From Hyaloraphidium curvatum SAG 235-1 (Eukaryota; Fungi; Monoblepharomycota), in assembly GCA_025558095.1 (NCBI GenBank), contig JAIVFI010000008.1:744001-808000 (forward strand): DNA of 64,000 nt, written 5' to 3'. Under the pieces are notes generated by a model. It was given only the letters and a program-made list of their open reading frames with translations, did not search any database and was not told where the DNA came from. Of this stretch, positions 36,201 through 47,742 are shown piece after piece (position 1 is the stretch's first letter; each line of letters begins with the position of its first letter). A program made the position numbers and the translations under genes.

Positions 36201-36923
36201 CAGCGGCCGCGAACCCACGCCGAGGTGGACTTGCATGTCCGCGTCGACGGCATCAGCTCCCTGATCGCGGCGCCTCCGCTCTGCTCCCCATCGAACGCAG
36301 CCTCGACACGCTCGCGCATCAGGACGAGCTCCTTCTTGTTCACCTTGCACGCCTGCGGCTTCTTTTTGGTGGCCTTGCCGCACTTGCCCTTCGCGTTCGC
36401 GCCGACGGAGACGGAGGAAATCTTGATCACATCGCCGTCGCCCTCGCACGATATGGCGAACCCCCCGGCGGATATGCATGCAATGGCTTCGAGGATCTTT
36501 GGATGTTTTCGTGCTGTACGTGGTGGTTGGCGGCGTTCGCGGTCGGCAGCGGAAGAACCTGCCTTTTGGCTTCGGCATGGGCTTCAATGCGACCTTGAGA
36601 TGGACTGCGTTTAGCTTTGAAGCGGCTTTCGTCTTTGCTGGGGCAGCCATTACCTTGCCCTTGCCCTTGGGCTTCGGTGGAGGCTCCTCGTCCTCCTCGT
36701 CGTCCTCCCCGTCGTCGTCATCTTCCTCCTCGTCTTGCTCGATCACCGGTTGCGTCTTCTTGGCGGCGCGAGGGAAAAGCGACAGCGCGTCGTTCCGCGC
36801 CGAGGACACGGAGCGCCCTTCCGGCAAGGGTCGCGCCACGCTCCCCGCAAAACGGGGCACGGCCGCAGCCACCGAGGCCAGCAGCAGTACCAGCAGGCAC
36901 AGCAAAACTGGATCTCGATTCAT
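33234..36923 (-). CDS. Secreted protein with two SUEL/Gal-lectin-like domains, two beta-rich repeats, a MACPF (perforin-like) domain and a C-terminal extension; five exons
   Basis: Signal MNRDPVLLCLLVLLLASVAAA; lectin-like CPEDDSYEIDIDCGTRMILVERATLG...AACQGKRTC...LRLWYRC; MACPF-like LNPAFLADV...KWGIIFPRRVVLGAK, IMGGD, WRASV...WQ|VIEVKDVVPIDELLP. Splice junctions keep the frame. Confidence 0.8.
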
Positions 36924-37504
36924 GTCGGCCCGGGGGTTAGAATGGGCCCGCGTTGGGTCTGACTTGGCGGCGCCCTGATCGCGGGTCCAGTTGGGCGGGG
37001 AGTCAGAGCCCCGAGACCTCGCTGACATCGAAACGAGTTGCCGCGGTCCGCAGAGGCAAACGCTACGCAATTCACCAATTCATCCATCGGACTCCCGCTC
37101 TACATTCCGGCCACGACTCGCGTAGTGCGAGCACTCGACGCCCGAGCAAGTCCAGGTGTTCCCGGGAAACCGATTCCTAAAGTCTCCGCGAGGCCGCGCA
37201 CAGCTTTGCGACAGCATCCGATCTGAGTTCCGCATTTGTAGGCCGAATTGTCGTCTTAGCGTTCGGAGGATGCTGTTGTCGTCCGAGGTCCTCGCGCTCA
37301 CAGACTAGCAGGAGTCGTCGAGCGACTCCGAATCAAGGAGGTGAGGTCGAGTACGAGGCTGCAACTATAGAGAGGGATTGGAGGGACAGAAGATGTGGCA
37401 CTCGGATGCAGATGGATGAGCATTGACCGTGCTGCGCTCGGGAGTCGTCGCGAAGTGCGCCTCGATCGCCGTGCTGCCATCAAGCGAACGCGCTCAAACC
37501 AGAC

Positions 37505-38640
37505 ATGGCCGACCGCGCCCCGGACCCCAACCCCGCCGCCGCAGAGCCAGCCGATGGAGCCGTCGAAAGCCGGCGCGGGAAAGCACGCCCGCGCCGCTTC
37601 GCGCGCCGCGCCCTGCCGTCGCACGAAGCCTCCGCACTCGACCCCGATGCCCCGCGCCTCCCCTCGGAGCTCGTCCTCGAAATCATGGAGCTCGTGGCCA
37701 AGGACGCGAAAAGGGAAGGAGCACGCTGGCGGCCATGGCGCGCGGCTGCCGGCTCTTTGCCGCGCTCGCGCGACCGATGATCTGGAGCGAGGTGCACTTC
37801 GGCTGCGACGAGCCCTCACCAGCCAACGGGCGCCGGCGACCGCGGAAGCAGCACCTGCGTCTGGAGCTCATTCAGGTTCTCGGAGTCTGGCAGGACGGAC
37901 CGTGGTCGGGACTGTCGACGTCGGAACTCGTCCGTTCGTGCGAAGGCCTCGTCGCGTTGCAACTGGGTGATCTCGTGGAGCTCCGCAAAGGAACCGATCT
38001 CCTTCAAGCGATTACAGGCCACAAGCAGCTCCGTGAGCTCCTCCTCGACTTCTGCCACGTCGTGCCGAACCGTCTGCCGAGTTCGCTCGAGGTCCTCGAC
38101 GTTCAGATTGGTTTCGCCGAGCTGGAGAATCTTCTTCGCGTCCTTGAACTTCACGATGCTCCGAATCTTCGAGAGCTGAGGCTCGTCATCTACGGTCGCC
38201 ATGTTCCGATGTCCCGCCAGCGGATGCTCCTCTCCAAGGTCAAGAGCTTCCCAAAAGCAGTCAGTCTGATCAAGGAACTTTGCTGGATTCGGTGGCGATG
38301 GACCGAGAATCTTCAGGCTCTGTTCGAAGTCGGCGGCTTTGCTCCCAGGATGATATCCGTCGCCACGTTCGTAAACTACATGGCGCTTCCGAGCATCGAG
38401 GAGCTTGAGATAACCTACGACACCGAGAACTTCTGGGAACGCAACTTGCCCCCCAACCTGAAGGTTCTGAGGCTTTCGTCACCTCCCTACCTGCCGCTTC
38501 AGTTCCCCGATGCAATGCTGAACGCCTGGTTCCTGACTCATCCGGACTTGGAAGTGCTCATTCGCGACCACGGTGGATTAGATTTGCGGTTCTGGGAGCA
38601 GTTCGAACGCGTGCGGCTGATCCGATGGGCGGCGTGGTAG
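37505..38640 (+). pseudogene. F-box-like/LRR-like protein gene with an apparent frameshift near 37710
   Basis: PRLPSELVLEIMELVA (frame of ORF 37505) continues as RSTLAAMARGCRLFAALARPMIWSEV in another frame at the purine run gcgaaaagggaagg, with no intron signals there. Confidence 0.55.
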
Positions 38641-38893
38641 ACCGTGCTTGCAAAGAGAAGCCTGCGGATCGAAGGACCTCTGCGGTGGCTGCGAGCAGGT
38701 CGAGTGTATCGCACGAGAGTATTGAAAAGACAGCCGCCGTTCAGACTTTCCTTGCTCATCCGGGTCCTGGACGGAAGAACGGATTCGGCGGCTGGCCGGT
38801 GGCGCAGGCGGGGCGAGCGCAAGGGCGAGCGGAAACCACCCGACCACCCCCAACAAACTCATTCCCCTTCATCACCGCCGACACGCATTCAGA

Positions 38894-39733
38894 ATGACAG
38901 ATTCGGAGCCTCTCGTCCTCTACGACATCTCCTCGCCGAGGGTGCCGCGTTCCTACGCGCCCAACCCCTCGAAAGCGCGGCTCGCGCTGAGCTTCAAGCG
39001 CGTCCCCTTCAAGACGACCTGGGTGGACATTCTGGACATTCCCAAGGTCCGCCAGGGCCTCCACTGCCCCGCCGTTCGGAAGCTCGACGACGGCTCAGAG
39101 TATTACACGCTTCCAATGCTGAGGGACCCCGCTTCCGGCAAAGTCGTCGGTGACTCGTACGACATTGCCGAGTACCTCGAGGAGAACTTTCCCGATTCCG
39201 GCGGCTGCCTCTTTCCTGCTGACTCGACGGGCACGGGGATGGACTACGAGAGCCCGCACAAGGACACGTTCTTCTACGCCCCGCTGTCGGACCGGCAGAA
39301 GGAGTCCAAGCACAAGGAATACGCGCGCTTCAACGTCCACGTGGACGCGACCTTCTCCGGCGGGATGGGTGCGTTCGGCTACTATTTGCCCTTCAATCCG
39401 GAGACTGCCGAGGCCGTCAAGAAGCTTTTTGCCAAGCGCGCGCACCTGGACTCGTGGGAGCAGCTCCGCGTAGAGGGCGAGGCCAGGAAGCCGATGGTCG
39501 AAGCGTTCAAGACCGCACTCGAGTCTCTGGGCGAGCTCTTCAAGATCCACGACGATGGGCCGTACCTCGAGGGCGCCAAGGCCAACTACGCGGACCTCAT
39601 CGTCGGAGGATGGGTGAACATGATGTCGATCGTCATGCCCGAAGAGGACTGGAAGGACTTCAAGACCTGGCACGGCGGAGTGTTTGGCCGGCTGCACGAC
39701 GCGCTGCAGGCAAACTACTTCGAACTCAAGTAG
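38894..39733 (+). CDS. Glutathione S-transferase-like protein (GST_N_3 type), intronless
   Basis: SYAPNPSKARLALSFKRVPFKTTWV, YTLPML, VGDSYDIAEYLE, PYLEG...NYADLIVGG. Confidence 0.88.
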   Translation: MTDSEPLVLYDISSPRVPRSYAPNPSKARLALSFKRVPFKTTWVDILDIPKVRQGLHCPAVRKLDDGSEYYTLPMLRDPASGKVVGDSYDIAEYLEENFPDSGGCLFPADSTGTGMDYESPHKDTFFYAPLSDRQKESKHKEYARFNVHVDATFSGGMGAFGYYLPFNPETAEAVKKLFAKRAHLDSWEQLRVEGEARKPMVEAFKTALESLGELFKIHDDGPYLEGAKANYADLIVGGWVNMMSIVMPEEDWKDFKTWHGGVFGRLHDALQANYFELK

Positions 39734-39874
39734 AATTCACCATTGGACGATACTCGGACCTGAAAACCCCGACGCTCTGTCGACAAAGTGTATCATACGG
39801 GTAGTATAGAGAGATATCCCTGACAATCACTTGTTATCTACAATGACGGGGGTCTGGAAGGTGAATGGATGAAG

Positions 39875-41481
39875 TTACATAGGCTCCATCTGAATGACCT
39901 CCGTGCCGGGTGCCGCGGGGATCTTTGACATCGCCCTCGCTGCAGCGGTCGCGTCCGGCAGCTCCTGGTACTCGCCCTCGGGGTCCTTGTGGGCAAAGAT
40001 GCTGTTCCGCTTGGCGTGCGGCACCGGCGGATGTTCCTGGCCGACCGCGGCGCGACGGCGGTGGTACAGCACGACGCCGAGAGCAGCGAGGAGAAGCGCG
40101 CCGATTACGCCGAGGGAGATCCAGAGCGCCGTGTAGTTGATGGATGAGGAGGATTGGGAGCCGGCAGAGCCGGGGTCCACAGCGACGGCAGAGGGAAGAG
40201 CCGCCATGGCCTCGGGGATGGAGCCGGGACTGCTCATCCTGGCCGCGGCATCGGGCGCAATCGCCTGCCCCGTTGTGCTCTCGCGACCAGAGCCGACCTC
40301 GACGACGAAGCGGGGGGCGATCATGACCTTGTCGACAGCACCGACGTCGGCGGGCAACGTGCCGACGGGCTCCGCAGCCGATTGCACGAAGACGGCGTAC
40401 TTGCCAGCGGCTCCAAACTGGACGGCTGCGACGAGCTTGGATCCAAAAGGCCGAGGCGGCGCGGGAGGATGATGCGCATGCCCGTGGTCGTTCCCTGAGC
40501 ACGCATCCGGGAGGCCGTCGGCGGTTATGTTGTACCCCTGCACGGCGAGCGGCGTCCCTTCGACCGCCGGGAAGGGCATGCCGTGCGTGTGACTGGCGTG
40601 CGTAAAGTTCTCGTGCACGACCATCAGATGCGACGTCGCGTTCAGCAGCGGCGTGAGGTTGTCCGCCGGGATCCACCGGTCGCCCGAAGCCGAAAAGAAC
40701 TCGATGACCGCCGTCGCACACGAGTTGGGCATGATGACAGCGGGATAGGTGCGCATGGTGGCGAGGAAGGTCTGGTTGAGGAGCGCCGTCGTGCGCGGCG
40801 TGGCGGGCGAGGCGAGGCCGAGGTCGTTGACGTCGATGGGATAAACCCAGCGGTCCTCCTCGGGCCCCGGGGCGAGAATGATTCCGCGCACACGCGAGAC
40901 GCCCGAGACGGAGGGCACCGGGGCCGGCGCTTTGAGGGCCAAGAACGGGTCGGCCGGAGCCGGAGAGCCAGCGAGAGGTGGAAGCACGTCAAAGGTGGCG
41001 CGGCCTTCGAACAGAGTCTTGCCCAAGGAGCCGTGGCGCTTCTGCAGTCGACGGCGGAAAGGCGCTTCGTCCTCGACGAGGGAGTATTCGACGACGGCGA
41101 CCCATTTGCCGGGCTTGCTGAAGGGCTGTTTGGCGCATGTCAGTAGATGAGCGAGCCAGTAACTCCAGCAGCGGAACCCACGACTTCGACGGTCCAACTG
41201 TTTGTCATGTCGGCCGAGCTGCCCTTCGCGGCGAGCCAGTTCCACTCCTCAAAATCCTCCGGGTGCACGTGAACCACCGTCGAGAGGTCCGAGTGGGCGA
41301 ATGCGAGGTGCACGCGGCGCGACTGGGAGACCTCCAGTTCGTTCCACCGCAGGGCGGAGAGCTTGAAGGCCTGGTTGAAGACCGAAACATTGAAGAGCTG
41401 CGCGCCGCCGGCAAAGACGCGCTGCTCCGTGGCATTGACCGTGCTCCAAGGAGTCAACGTGAAAAATGGATTGCGAATCAT
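39875..41481 (-). CDS. Single-pass membrane protein with two His-rich beta-domains resembling bacterial heavy-metal-associated secreted proteins; 5' end uncertain
   Basis: Repeat 1 VHLAFAHSDLSTVVHVHPEDF...FSKPGKWVAVVEY; repeat 2 LTPLLNATSHLMVVHENFTHASHTHG...FGAAGKYAVFVQ; TM ALWISLGVIGALLLAALGVVLY followed by HRRR. Confidence 0.65.
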
Positions 41482-41930
41482 TCTGTTCGCACAGGAGGCA
41501 GAAGGGTGTTTGATTCGGTGTGTTTTCCGGATGCGGTGCGGAAGGAACCGGCCGCTTGGTCAGCGGGGTCCCCTTCGGATTGACTCACTTGTAGCACGAC
41601 CCCTCCGAATTGAGGCGGCAATGGATGGCGCAAATGCCTCGCTCCAAACACGAGCAGCTCCTGCGCCACTGACCACGACTTGTTCGCGTCCCTCTTTTGC
41701 TCCCCTTCGTACCTCACGATAGACAGGTTCAGCGGAGCCAATCCCAGATAAATCCATCACCGACGCCAACTCTATTTGTACTAAGCACGGTTTCTTGATC
41801 ACCACGGCCAGTTGCTGCCCCTTGTTGTTGCGCGTCCGCCGGGAGACGTCCGCTTGGCCGCCGCGCCGGCCCCACCACTGTCACCCATTACCGCCCGAGC
41901 GCCCTGCACACGCATCGCCGTTCAATCTCG

Positions 41931-43772
41931 ATGGAATCTACGGACGTGCTCATTGTCGGCGGCGGCGGCGCGGGCCTCGTCGCGTCGCAAATCCTCTCGA
42001 CGCTCGCCACGCCGCACATCCTCGTCTGCAATCAGAAGACCACCTCGTTGCTGCCCAAAGCCCACGTCCTCTCGCCCAAGACAATGGAGATATTCGGCGA
42101 AACGGGCTGCGCGGACGAGGTCTACGCGAGGGGACCGCCGCCCGAGAATCAAGGTCATGCCGGCTGGTACGCCGGGATCCGAGGCGGGCCGAGTCCGCAC
42201 GTCGGCAAAAGGCTCGGGCCGCTGTTGGAATGCTGGGGAGGGGGCGGCAACGACCAGGCGTACAACGACGCGAGCGGGTACAGGATGAGCAACCTGCCCC
42301 AGATTCGGCTCGAGCCGGTCCTGAAGCAGCATGCCGAAAAACTCGCCGGACCGGACCACAAGAGGATGATTAGGTTCGAGCATGAACTGGTCGATCTGAA
42401 GCAGGACTCCAACGGGGTCGTCTCGACGATCCGCGAGATGGCGACCGGAAGCACGTACACTATCCGGAGCAAGTTCGTCGTTGCGGCCGACGGCGGGCGC
42501 ACCGTGTCCAAACTCGTCGGAATCAATGTATCGACGCTTGTTCCCATGCGCGGGCGCATCCAGGCGTCATTGCATCTCACCTACGACTTCTCGCCGTACC
42601 TGACCGATGAGTCGGTGCTGCTGCGCTGGATCCGCAACCCGGAGGGCCCTCTCACGTGCACACTGCTGCCGATGGGCCCAAATCGGTGGGGTACCAAGTC
42701 GGAGGAGTGGGTGCTCCATCTGAACTACGAAGGGAATGATTCCGAGGCGTGGGACGACGAAAAGGTCAAGGCCAAGGCGGCCCGGGCGGTGGGGATACCC
42801 GATTTCGCGGACAAGGCCATCATCCACGCCATTTCCCGGTGGAAGATGGAGGGCATCCTGGCGGACAGGTTCCGCGAGGGCCGCGTGTTCCTCGTCGGCG
42901 ACGCGGCACACCGGCACCCGCCCACGGGTGGACTCGGCCTGAATTCGGGGATCAACGACGTCTACAATCTGTGCTGGAAGCTCAAGCTTGCCCTCGAAGG
43001 AAAGGCCGGGGAGTCGCTGCTCGACAGCTACGAAGCCGAACGCCGGCCGACGACTCGCAACAACGTCATCGGTGCCTGCGCAATGGCTTCGAACCACGGC
43101 ACCGTCGCCTCGGACATTGGCTTGAAGTTCAATGACCCTCCCGAAAGGAACTGGGAGCGCGTCAGACCCCTTTTCGAGGACCTGCCCGGTTCGGCGGAGC
43201 TGCGCATGAAGCTGAACCGCGCGATCGCCTCGCAGACCCTGGAGTTCCATCACATCAACCTGGACTTTGGATTTCGGTACGAGGATCCCAAGGCGGCGGT
43301 CGTCCACGAAACGGGTTCTGCTTACGTGCCCGTCGACCAGTATCGGGTCTACGAACCCGACACCAGGCCCGGTTGCACCGTGCCGCACGCCTGGATCAGT
43401 CAGGACGGGTTAAAGAGGATCCCGCTCTCTTCGCTGGTCCACGGCGGTCGGTTTCTCCTCATCGCATCGAACGAGGGCACGGCGTGGCTCGAAGCCGGCC
43501 GCAAGGCCGCCGCCAGGCTCGGGATAGAGCTCGAAACGGTGATGCTCGGCGGCAATCGCAAGGATGAGTGGCAGGACGTGCAGATGGCGTGGACGGCCAA
43601 GCGCAAGGTCGGGCCGGAGGGCTGCGTGCTGGTCAGGCCGGATCGGTTCGTCTGCTGGAGAGCGGTGGGGAAGTCGAGTGCAGATCCGGAAGGGGAGGTG
43701 CTGGGAGCTCTGGAAAAGGTGCTCGGCATCCGGGAAAGGGGATCAAGGCTGATAATAGGATCACGACTGTAA
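41931..43772 (+). CDS. FAD-dependent aromatic monooxygenase (phenol/2,4-dichlorophenol hydroxylase, TfdB-like), intronless
   Basis: VLIVGGGGAG, NLPQIRLEPVL, VAADGGRTV, GDAAHRHPPTGGLGLNSG, LLDSYEAERRP, RPGCTVPHAW, LVRPDRFVCWR. Confidence 0.92.
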   Translation: MESTDVLIVGGGGAGLVASQILSTLATPHILVCNQKTTSLLPKAHVLSPKTMEIFGETGCADEVYARGPPPENQGHAGWYAGIRGGPSPHVGKRLGPLLECWGGGGNDQAYNDASGYRMSNLPQIRLEPVLKQHAEKLAGPDHKRMIRFEHELVDLKQDSNGVVSTIREMATGSTYTIRSKFVVAADGGRTVSKLVGINVSTLVPMRGRIQASLHLTYDFSPYLTDESVLLRWIRNPEGPLTCTLLPMGPNRWGTKSEEWVLHLNYEGNDSEAWDDEKVKAKAARAVGIPDFADKAIIHAISRWKMEGILADRFREGRVFLVGDAAHRHPPTGGLGLNSGINDVYNLCWKLKLALEGKAGESLLDSYEAERRPTTRNNVIGACAMASNHGTVASDIGLKFNDPPERNWERVRPLFEDLPGSAELRMKLNRAIASQTLEFHHINLDFGFRYEDPKAAVVHETGSAYVPVDQYRVYEPDTRPGCTVPHAWISQDGLKRIPLSSLVHGGRFLLIASNEGTAWLEAGRKAAARLGIELETVMLGGNRKDEWQDVQMAWTAKRKVGPEGCVLVRPDRFVCWRAVGKSSADPEGEVLGALEKVLGIRERGSRLIIGSRL

Positions 43773-44033
43773 TTTGAAAATGAAGGCTCACAAAGGTGAT
43801 CTTCTTTTGGGCGATTTTTCTCCGGTCGAACGGGACTTCCTGCCGCTTGAGAAGAGCCTTCTCCGCATCCTCCTTCCTGGGCTGTCGCTGTCGGCCATAT
43901 GGTCCTTTTCGGTAGCCATCACGTCACATTCCGAGTTGAAGGAAGAGGTGAGTCGGAACGAGGATGAGGTGGTGTTTGTTGGCCGCCCGCGGGAAGCCGC
44001 GTCTCGCACAGTCATCGGTCAAACAGCATCTCA

Positions 44034-45245
44034 ATGGCGGACAACGCCGGCCCGGTCGCGGAGCTGGAAGAGCCGGAAGTGACTTGCACTTTCCCTCCCG
44101 AAGTTCTCGGGCTCGTCGCATGGGACCTAGACTTTGACACCCTGAAGGAGTTCGCCCTCGCAAACAAGACATGCCTCCAGCTTGCTCTCCCTAGGCTATA
44201 CCTCTTCGCGCCTCCGATTGACTCCGAGAGCTACGTCGTAAGCCAAAAGGCTTGCAGGTTGCTGCTGGAAGATCCTCTGGACACGGGCAAGCTCCGGTAC
44301 CTCAAGTTCCTCAAGCTGAACGCCACGGGCTACGTTGCCCCGCAGGAGTCCTTGGAGCCGAAGCTGCTGGAAGCGGTTGTCCCGAATCTGGTGCTCATGA
44401 ACATCGACGTCTCTTGCAGCTCGCTGTCGCAGGCTTGCTTGACCTTGCTCGAGCGGGCGCCCAAGCTGCTCAACCTCATGATCCGCGTGTTCCCCCCGGA
44501 CGAACCCGACTCGTGGACCAATCTGTCATTTGTGCTTCCCTCTGGTATCAGCAGCGTTCATTTGGAGTTTCAGGAGGAGGTTCAGGCTCCCACCGTGCGC
44601 TCCGTCTGGAGGTCGCTCAGCGAAGCTCATTCTTTGGACGATCTCACCCTTGAATGGGTGGTGGACTGCAGAATACCGGAGCTAAATCTGATGCCGACGT
44701 CGGCCGTCCAAGTTCTGAGGCGCTTGTCTGTGGACATTCGCGATCTCTCCTTCTTCCTTACCCTGGAGCCCCCCAAGCTGGTGGTGCTTACCTTGAATCT
44801 GGGGGCAACAGCGGGCGCGGAAGAAATGCTCCACGAGTCATGGCCGGCTATGTGTTCGCTGAAGAGCCTTCGTGCGCTGCAACTGGACAACGCCTCGACC
44901 CGCGAGTGGTTCTTCCGCGGGCTCTGGGATAGTCTGGAAATCCTCTTGCTCAAATACCCAACCCCGGGCCTCGGGGAAGAAGGAGTCGATACCGTGGTCA
45001 GCAACATCAGGCAGGGCTTGACGAAGCTCAAGTTTGCGCTGGTGAAAGCAGATCCGGACGAATGGATGATCGACGAAGCCGACTCGGAGCTGGAAATGTG
45101 GACCGAACTCGGTGCGATCGCTTTTGAGGAGGAAGATGAAGGTAGCGAAGATAACGCGAGTGTGGAAGGAGGCGAGGAAGACGCGAACGGTGGGGCTGGG
45201 GAAGGCGACGGCACGGGCGTGAGCGGCGCGGGGGAAGGCAGCTAG
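44034..45245 (+). CDS. F-box-like + LRR-like protein with acidic tail, intronless
   Basis: FPPEVLGLVAWDLDFDTLKEFALANKTCLQLALPRLY, leucine-rich repeats; clear paralog at 52693-53871. Confidence 0.8.
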   Translation: MADNAGPVAELEEPEVTCTFPPEVLGLVAWDLDFDTLKEFALANKTCLQLALPRLYLFAPPIDSESYVVSQKACRLLLEDPLDTGKLRYLKFLKLNATGYVAPQESLEPKLLEAVVPNLVLMNIDVSCSSLSQACLTLLERAPKLLNLMIRVFPPDEPDSWTNLSFVLPSGISSVHLEFQEEVQAPTVRSVWRSLSEAHSLDDLTLEWVVDCRIPELNLMPTSAVQVLRRLSVDIRDLSFFLTLEPPKLVVLTLNLGATAGAEEMLHESWPAMCSLKSLRALQLDNASTREWFFRGLWDSLEILLLKYPTPGLGEEGVDTVVSNIRQGLTKLKFALVKADPDEWMIDEADSELEMWTELGAIAFEEEDEGSEDNASVEGGEEDANGGAGEGDGTGVSGAGEGS

Positions 45246-45290
45246 ACATTTCACTTCTTCCATCTTCTTGAATCTACACTCGATCCACGA

Positions 45291-47742
45291 CTACTTGCTC
45301 CCGTCCCACCCCGCCGCACCGCCATCCAGCCCCCGCGGATCCCCGGCCCCCGATATCTTCCTCCCGACCTTCTGCACCGCGCTCACGACCGCCAGATGCT
45401 GCTCCGGCGGCAGCACCTGCACCTCGTGCCCCACCAGCCTCAAATAATCCGCCAGCGCCGGCGCCGAATGCGGCTCCAGCATCGCCTTGTTGGGGTACAG
45501 CTGGTGGTGCACCCGGGGGCGGAGCACGGCGTCCTTGGCGGGGATGTTGCGGTCCAGGACATCCAGGAGGACCTGCGCGACGGCGGTGGTGATCCGCGAG
45601 CCGCCGGCGCCGCCGATGGCGAGGTACACGTCGTGCGGGCGGCCGTGGCGGTCGAGGAGCTCGACGATCGCGGGCGCCGAGGCGGAGAGGGGGCGCTTGC
45701 CGGGTTCGATGTAGTTGGCGGGCGAGGGCGGCAGGCCCGATTGCGAGCCGTTGTTGACGACGCCGGGGAATGAGAAATCGTCCATCTCGTCTGGAAAAGG
45801 AGCATCGCGGTCAGCACGGAAACGGTGGGGGCATGCGGCGCGCCCGAGGCCCACTGTTGAAGATCACCCCCGTCTACGACAACAATAAAGTAAGAACACA
45901 CCGCAACAGTCCTTACGAGCAACCCACCGTCGGCTCCACCATCCTGTTCCCCCACAGCAGGTTCACCGTGCTGGTCATGGCCACCGCCCATCCCTCGCGG
46001 TCGATGATGCTGAAGTGCGTCGTGCCGGGCATCTCCTTGGGGTCGAATTTGGGGTGGTAGTAGTCGGGCTCGTGGGTCTCGGTCTGCGGAATGGTCAGGC
46101 GGCAGGCGCGAAGCGGGATGGAAGGGACGCACGTCGCTGATTTTGCTCTTGATCTTCCCGGCCCGCTTCTTGTCCGTGGCCTCGTCCAATATGTCCCGGA
46201 TGTTGGGAATCTGCGCCGGGCGGCCATCAGCCCCGAACACCCAATGAACCGGAGAAAGAGCCCACAAACTCGTAATCGGGCGCCTTGCCCGGGTCCCCGA
46301 GCAGCCCCCTCCACGCGTAGCTCCACTTGAACCCCTCCACCACCCTCTGCCACTCCTTCCCCATCGTCTCCTTGTCCGGCTCCCCCTGCAGCGGCGGAAA
46401 CTCGGCCAGGATCGACAGGATCGACAGCAGCACGGGCCCGCTCGCCGGCGGCGGCGCGGTATGCACCCTGAACCCGCCCCTGAAGTCGTACGCCATGCTC
46501 TCCTGCAGCTCGGCCTCGAACGAGGCCCAGTCCTCGGCGCGGTGGCCGCCGCCCGCGGAGTTGAGGTAGTCCACCATGGCCCGCGTGAGCTCGGAGCGGT
46601 AGAAGGCGTCGGGGCCCTCGGCGGCGATGCGCTCCAGGAGGCGGCCGTATTCGGGGCGGCGCACCGTGTCGCCGGGGCCGAGGACCTTGCCCTCGGGGGC
46701 GAAGATGCGGGCGAGGTCGGACTGCAGGACGGCGTCGCCGAAGTAGTTGAGGAAGAGGGAGAGCTGCGGCGTGACGGGGAAGCCGGCGGTGCTCAGGTTG
46801 GCGGAGGGGAGGAGGAGAGAGGACCAGGGGAGGCGGCCGTGCAGGGTGTGCGCCTTGTGGAGGCCGGCAAACTCGCCGCTGCGGACAGATCAGCAAGAGC
46901 AAACTGCTGCTGGAAGACGAGGGGGACCAACGGAATGCCCGCGGCCTTGCCGCCCAGCTGCGCCTCCTTCTCGTGGCCATTGAACATGTCCCGCGTCGCC
47001 GAGCTCGGCGCCGCCTCGCGGAAGTTGATCGTCTGGGACTTGCCCGACGGCGTGCGGATCGTCATGAACCCTCCCCTGGTCCGGAATGTCAGCCACGACC
47101 AACGTGCGGACACCGATAGAGTGTACACACCCGCCGGCGCCGGAAAAGAAGCTCCCCGTCACGCCCAGGCACGTCGCCACCGCCACCCCCGCGTCGACCG
47201 CGTTCCCGCCGTCCTTGAGCACCCCCGCGCCCATCTCGGAGCAAATCTTGGACTCGGAGACGACGACCCCGTGCGACGCCTCGACCACGTCTCCCGAAAT
47301 GATGCCGGGTGCGGGGGAGGAGGGCGGGCGGAAGGGCAGCCGCCAGTGCGTCGACGGGAGGCCGGAGAGGTCGGCGGGGGGCGGGGAGAAGGACGAGGCG
47401 GAGGAGGCGGTAGATGTGCCTTGGGAGCTTCCCGGCGGCGGGAAAGCGAGCGCTGAATCGCGGTTCGGGAGACGGGAAGGCCGTTCAGATTCGTGGACAG
47501 AGCCGGGGGACACGCGACGGCCCACCGAGCGCAAACACGCCGCCGGCGAGCAGCAGCAGCCCCACGCCAAACGAGAGCTTCCACTTGCTCTCGTCCTCCA
47601 GCCGCCACACGCCCTTGGTGCGGCTCGGCGACGGCGGCGGCGGCCGCGCGTCGGGCGAAATGAGCGACTCGTCGTCGCCGCCGACGTACACCGACGCGTC
47701 GTCGGCGGGCGCCGGGAACGGGGAGGACGGCGACGGCGCCAT
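45291..47742 (-). CDS. Gamma-glutamyltranspeptidase (type II membrane), multi-exon
   Basis: N-terminal TM, GVLKDGGNAVDAGVA, INFREAAP, TAPPPASG, LGDP, TTHFSIIDREGWAVAMTSTVN, EMDDFS, PGKRPLS, GAGGSRI, PRVHHQL, GDPR. Confidence 0.93.
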
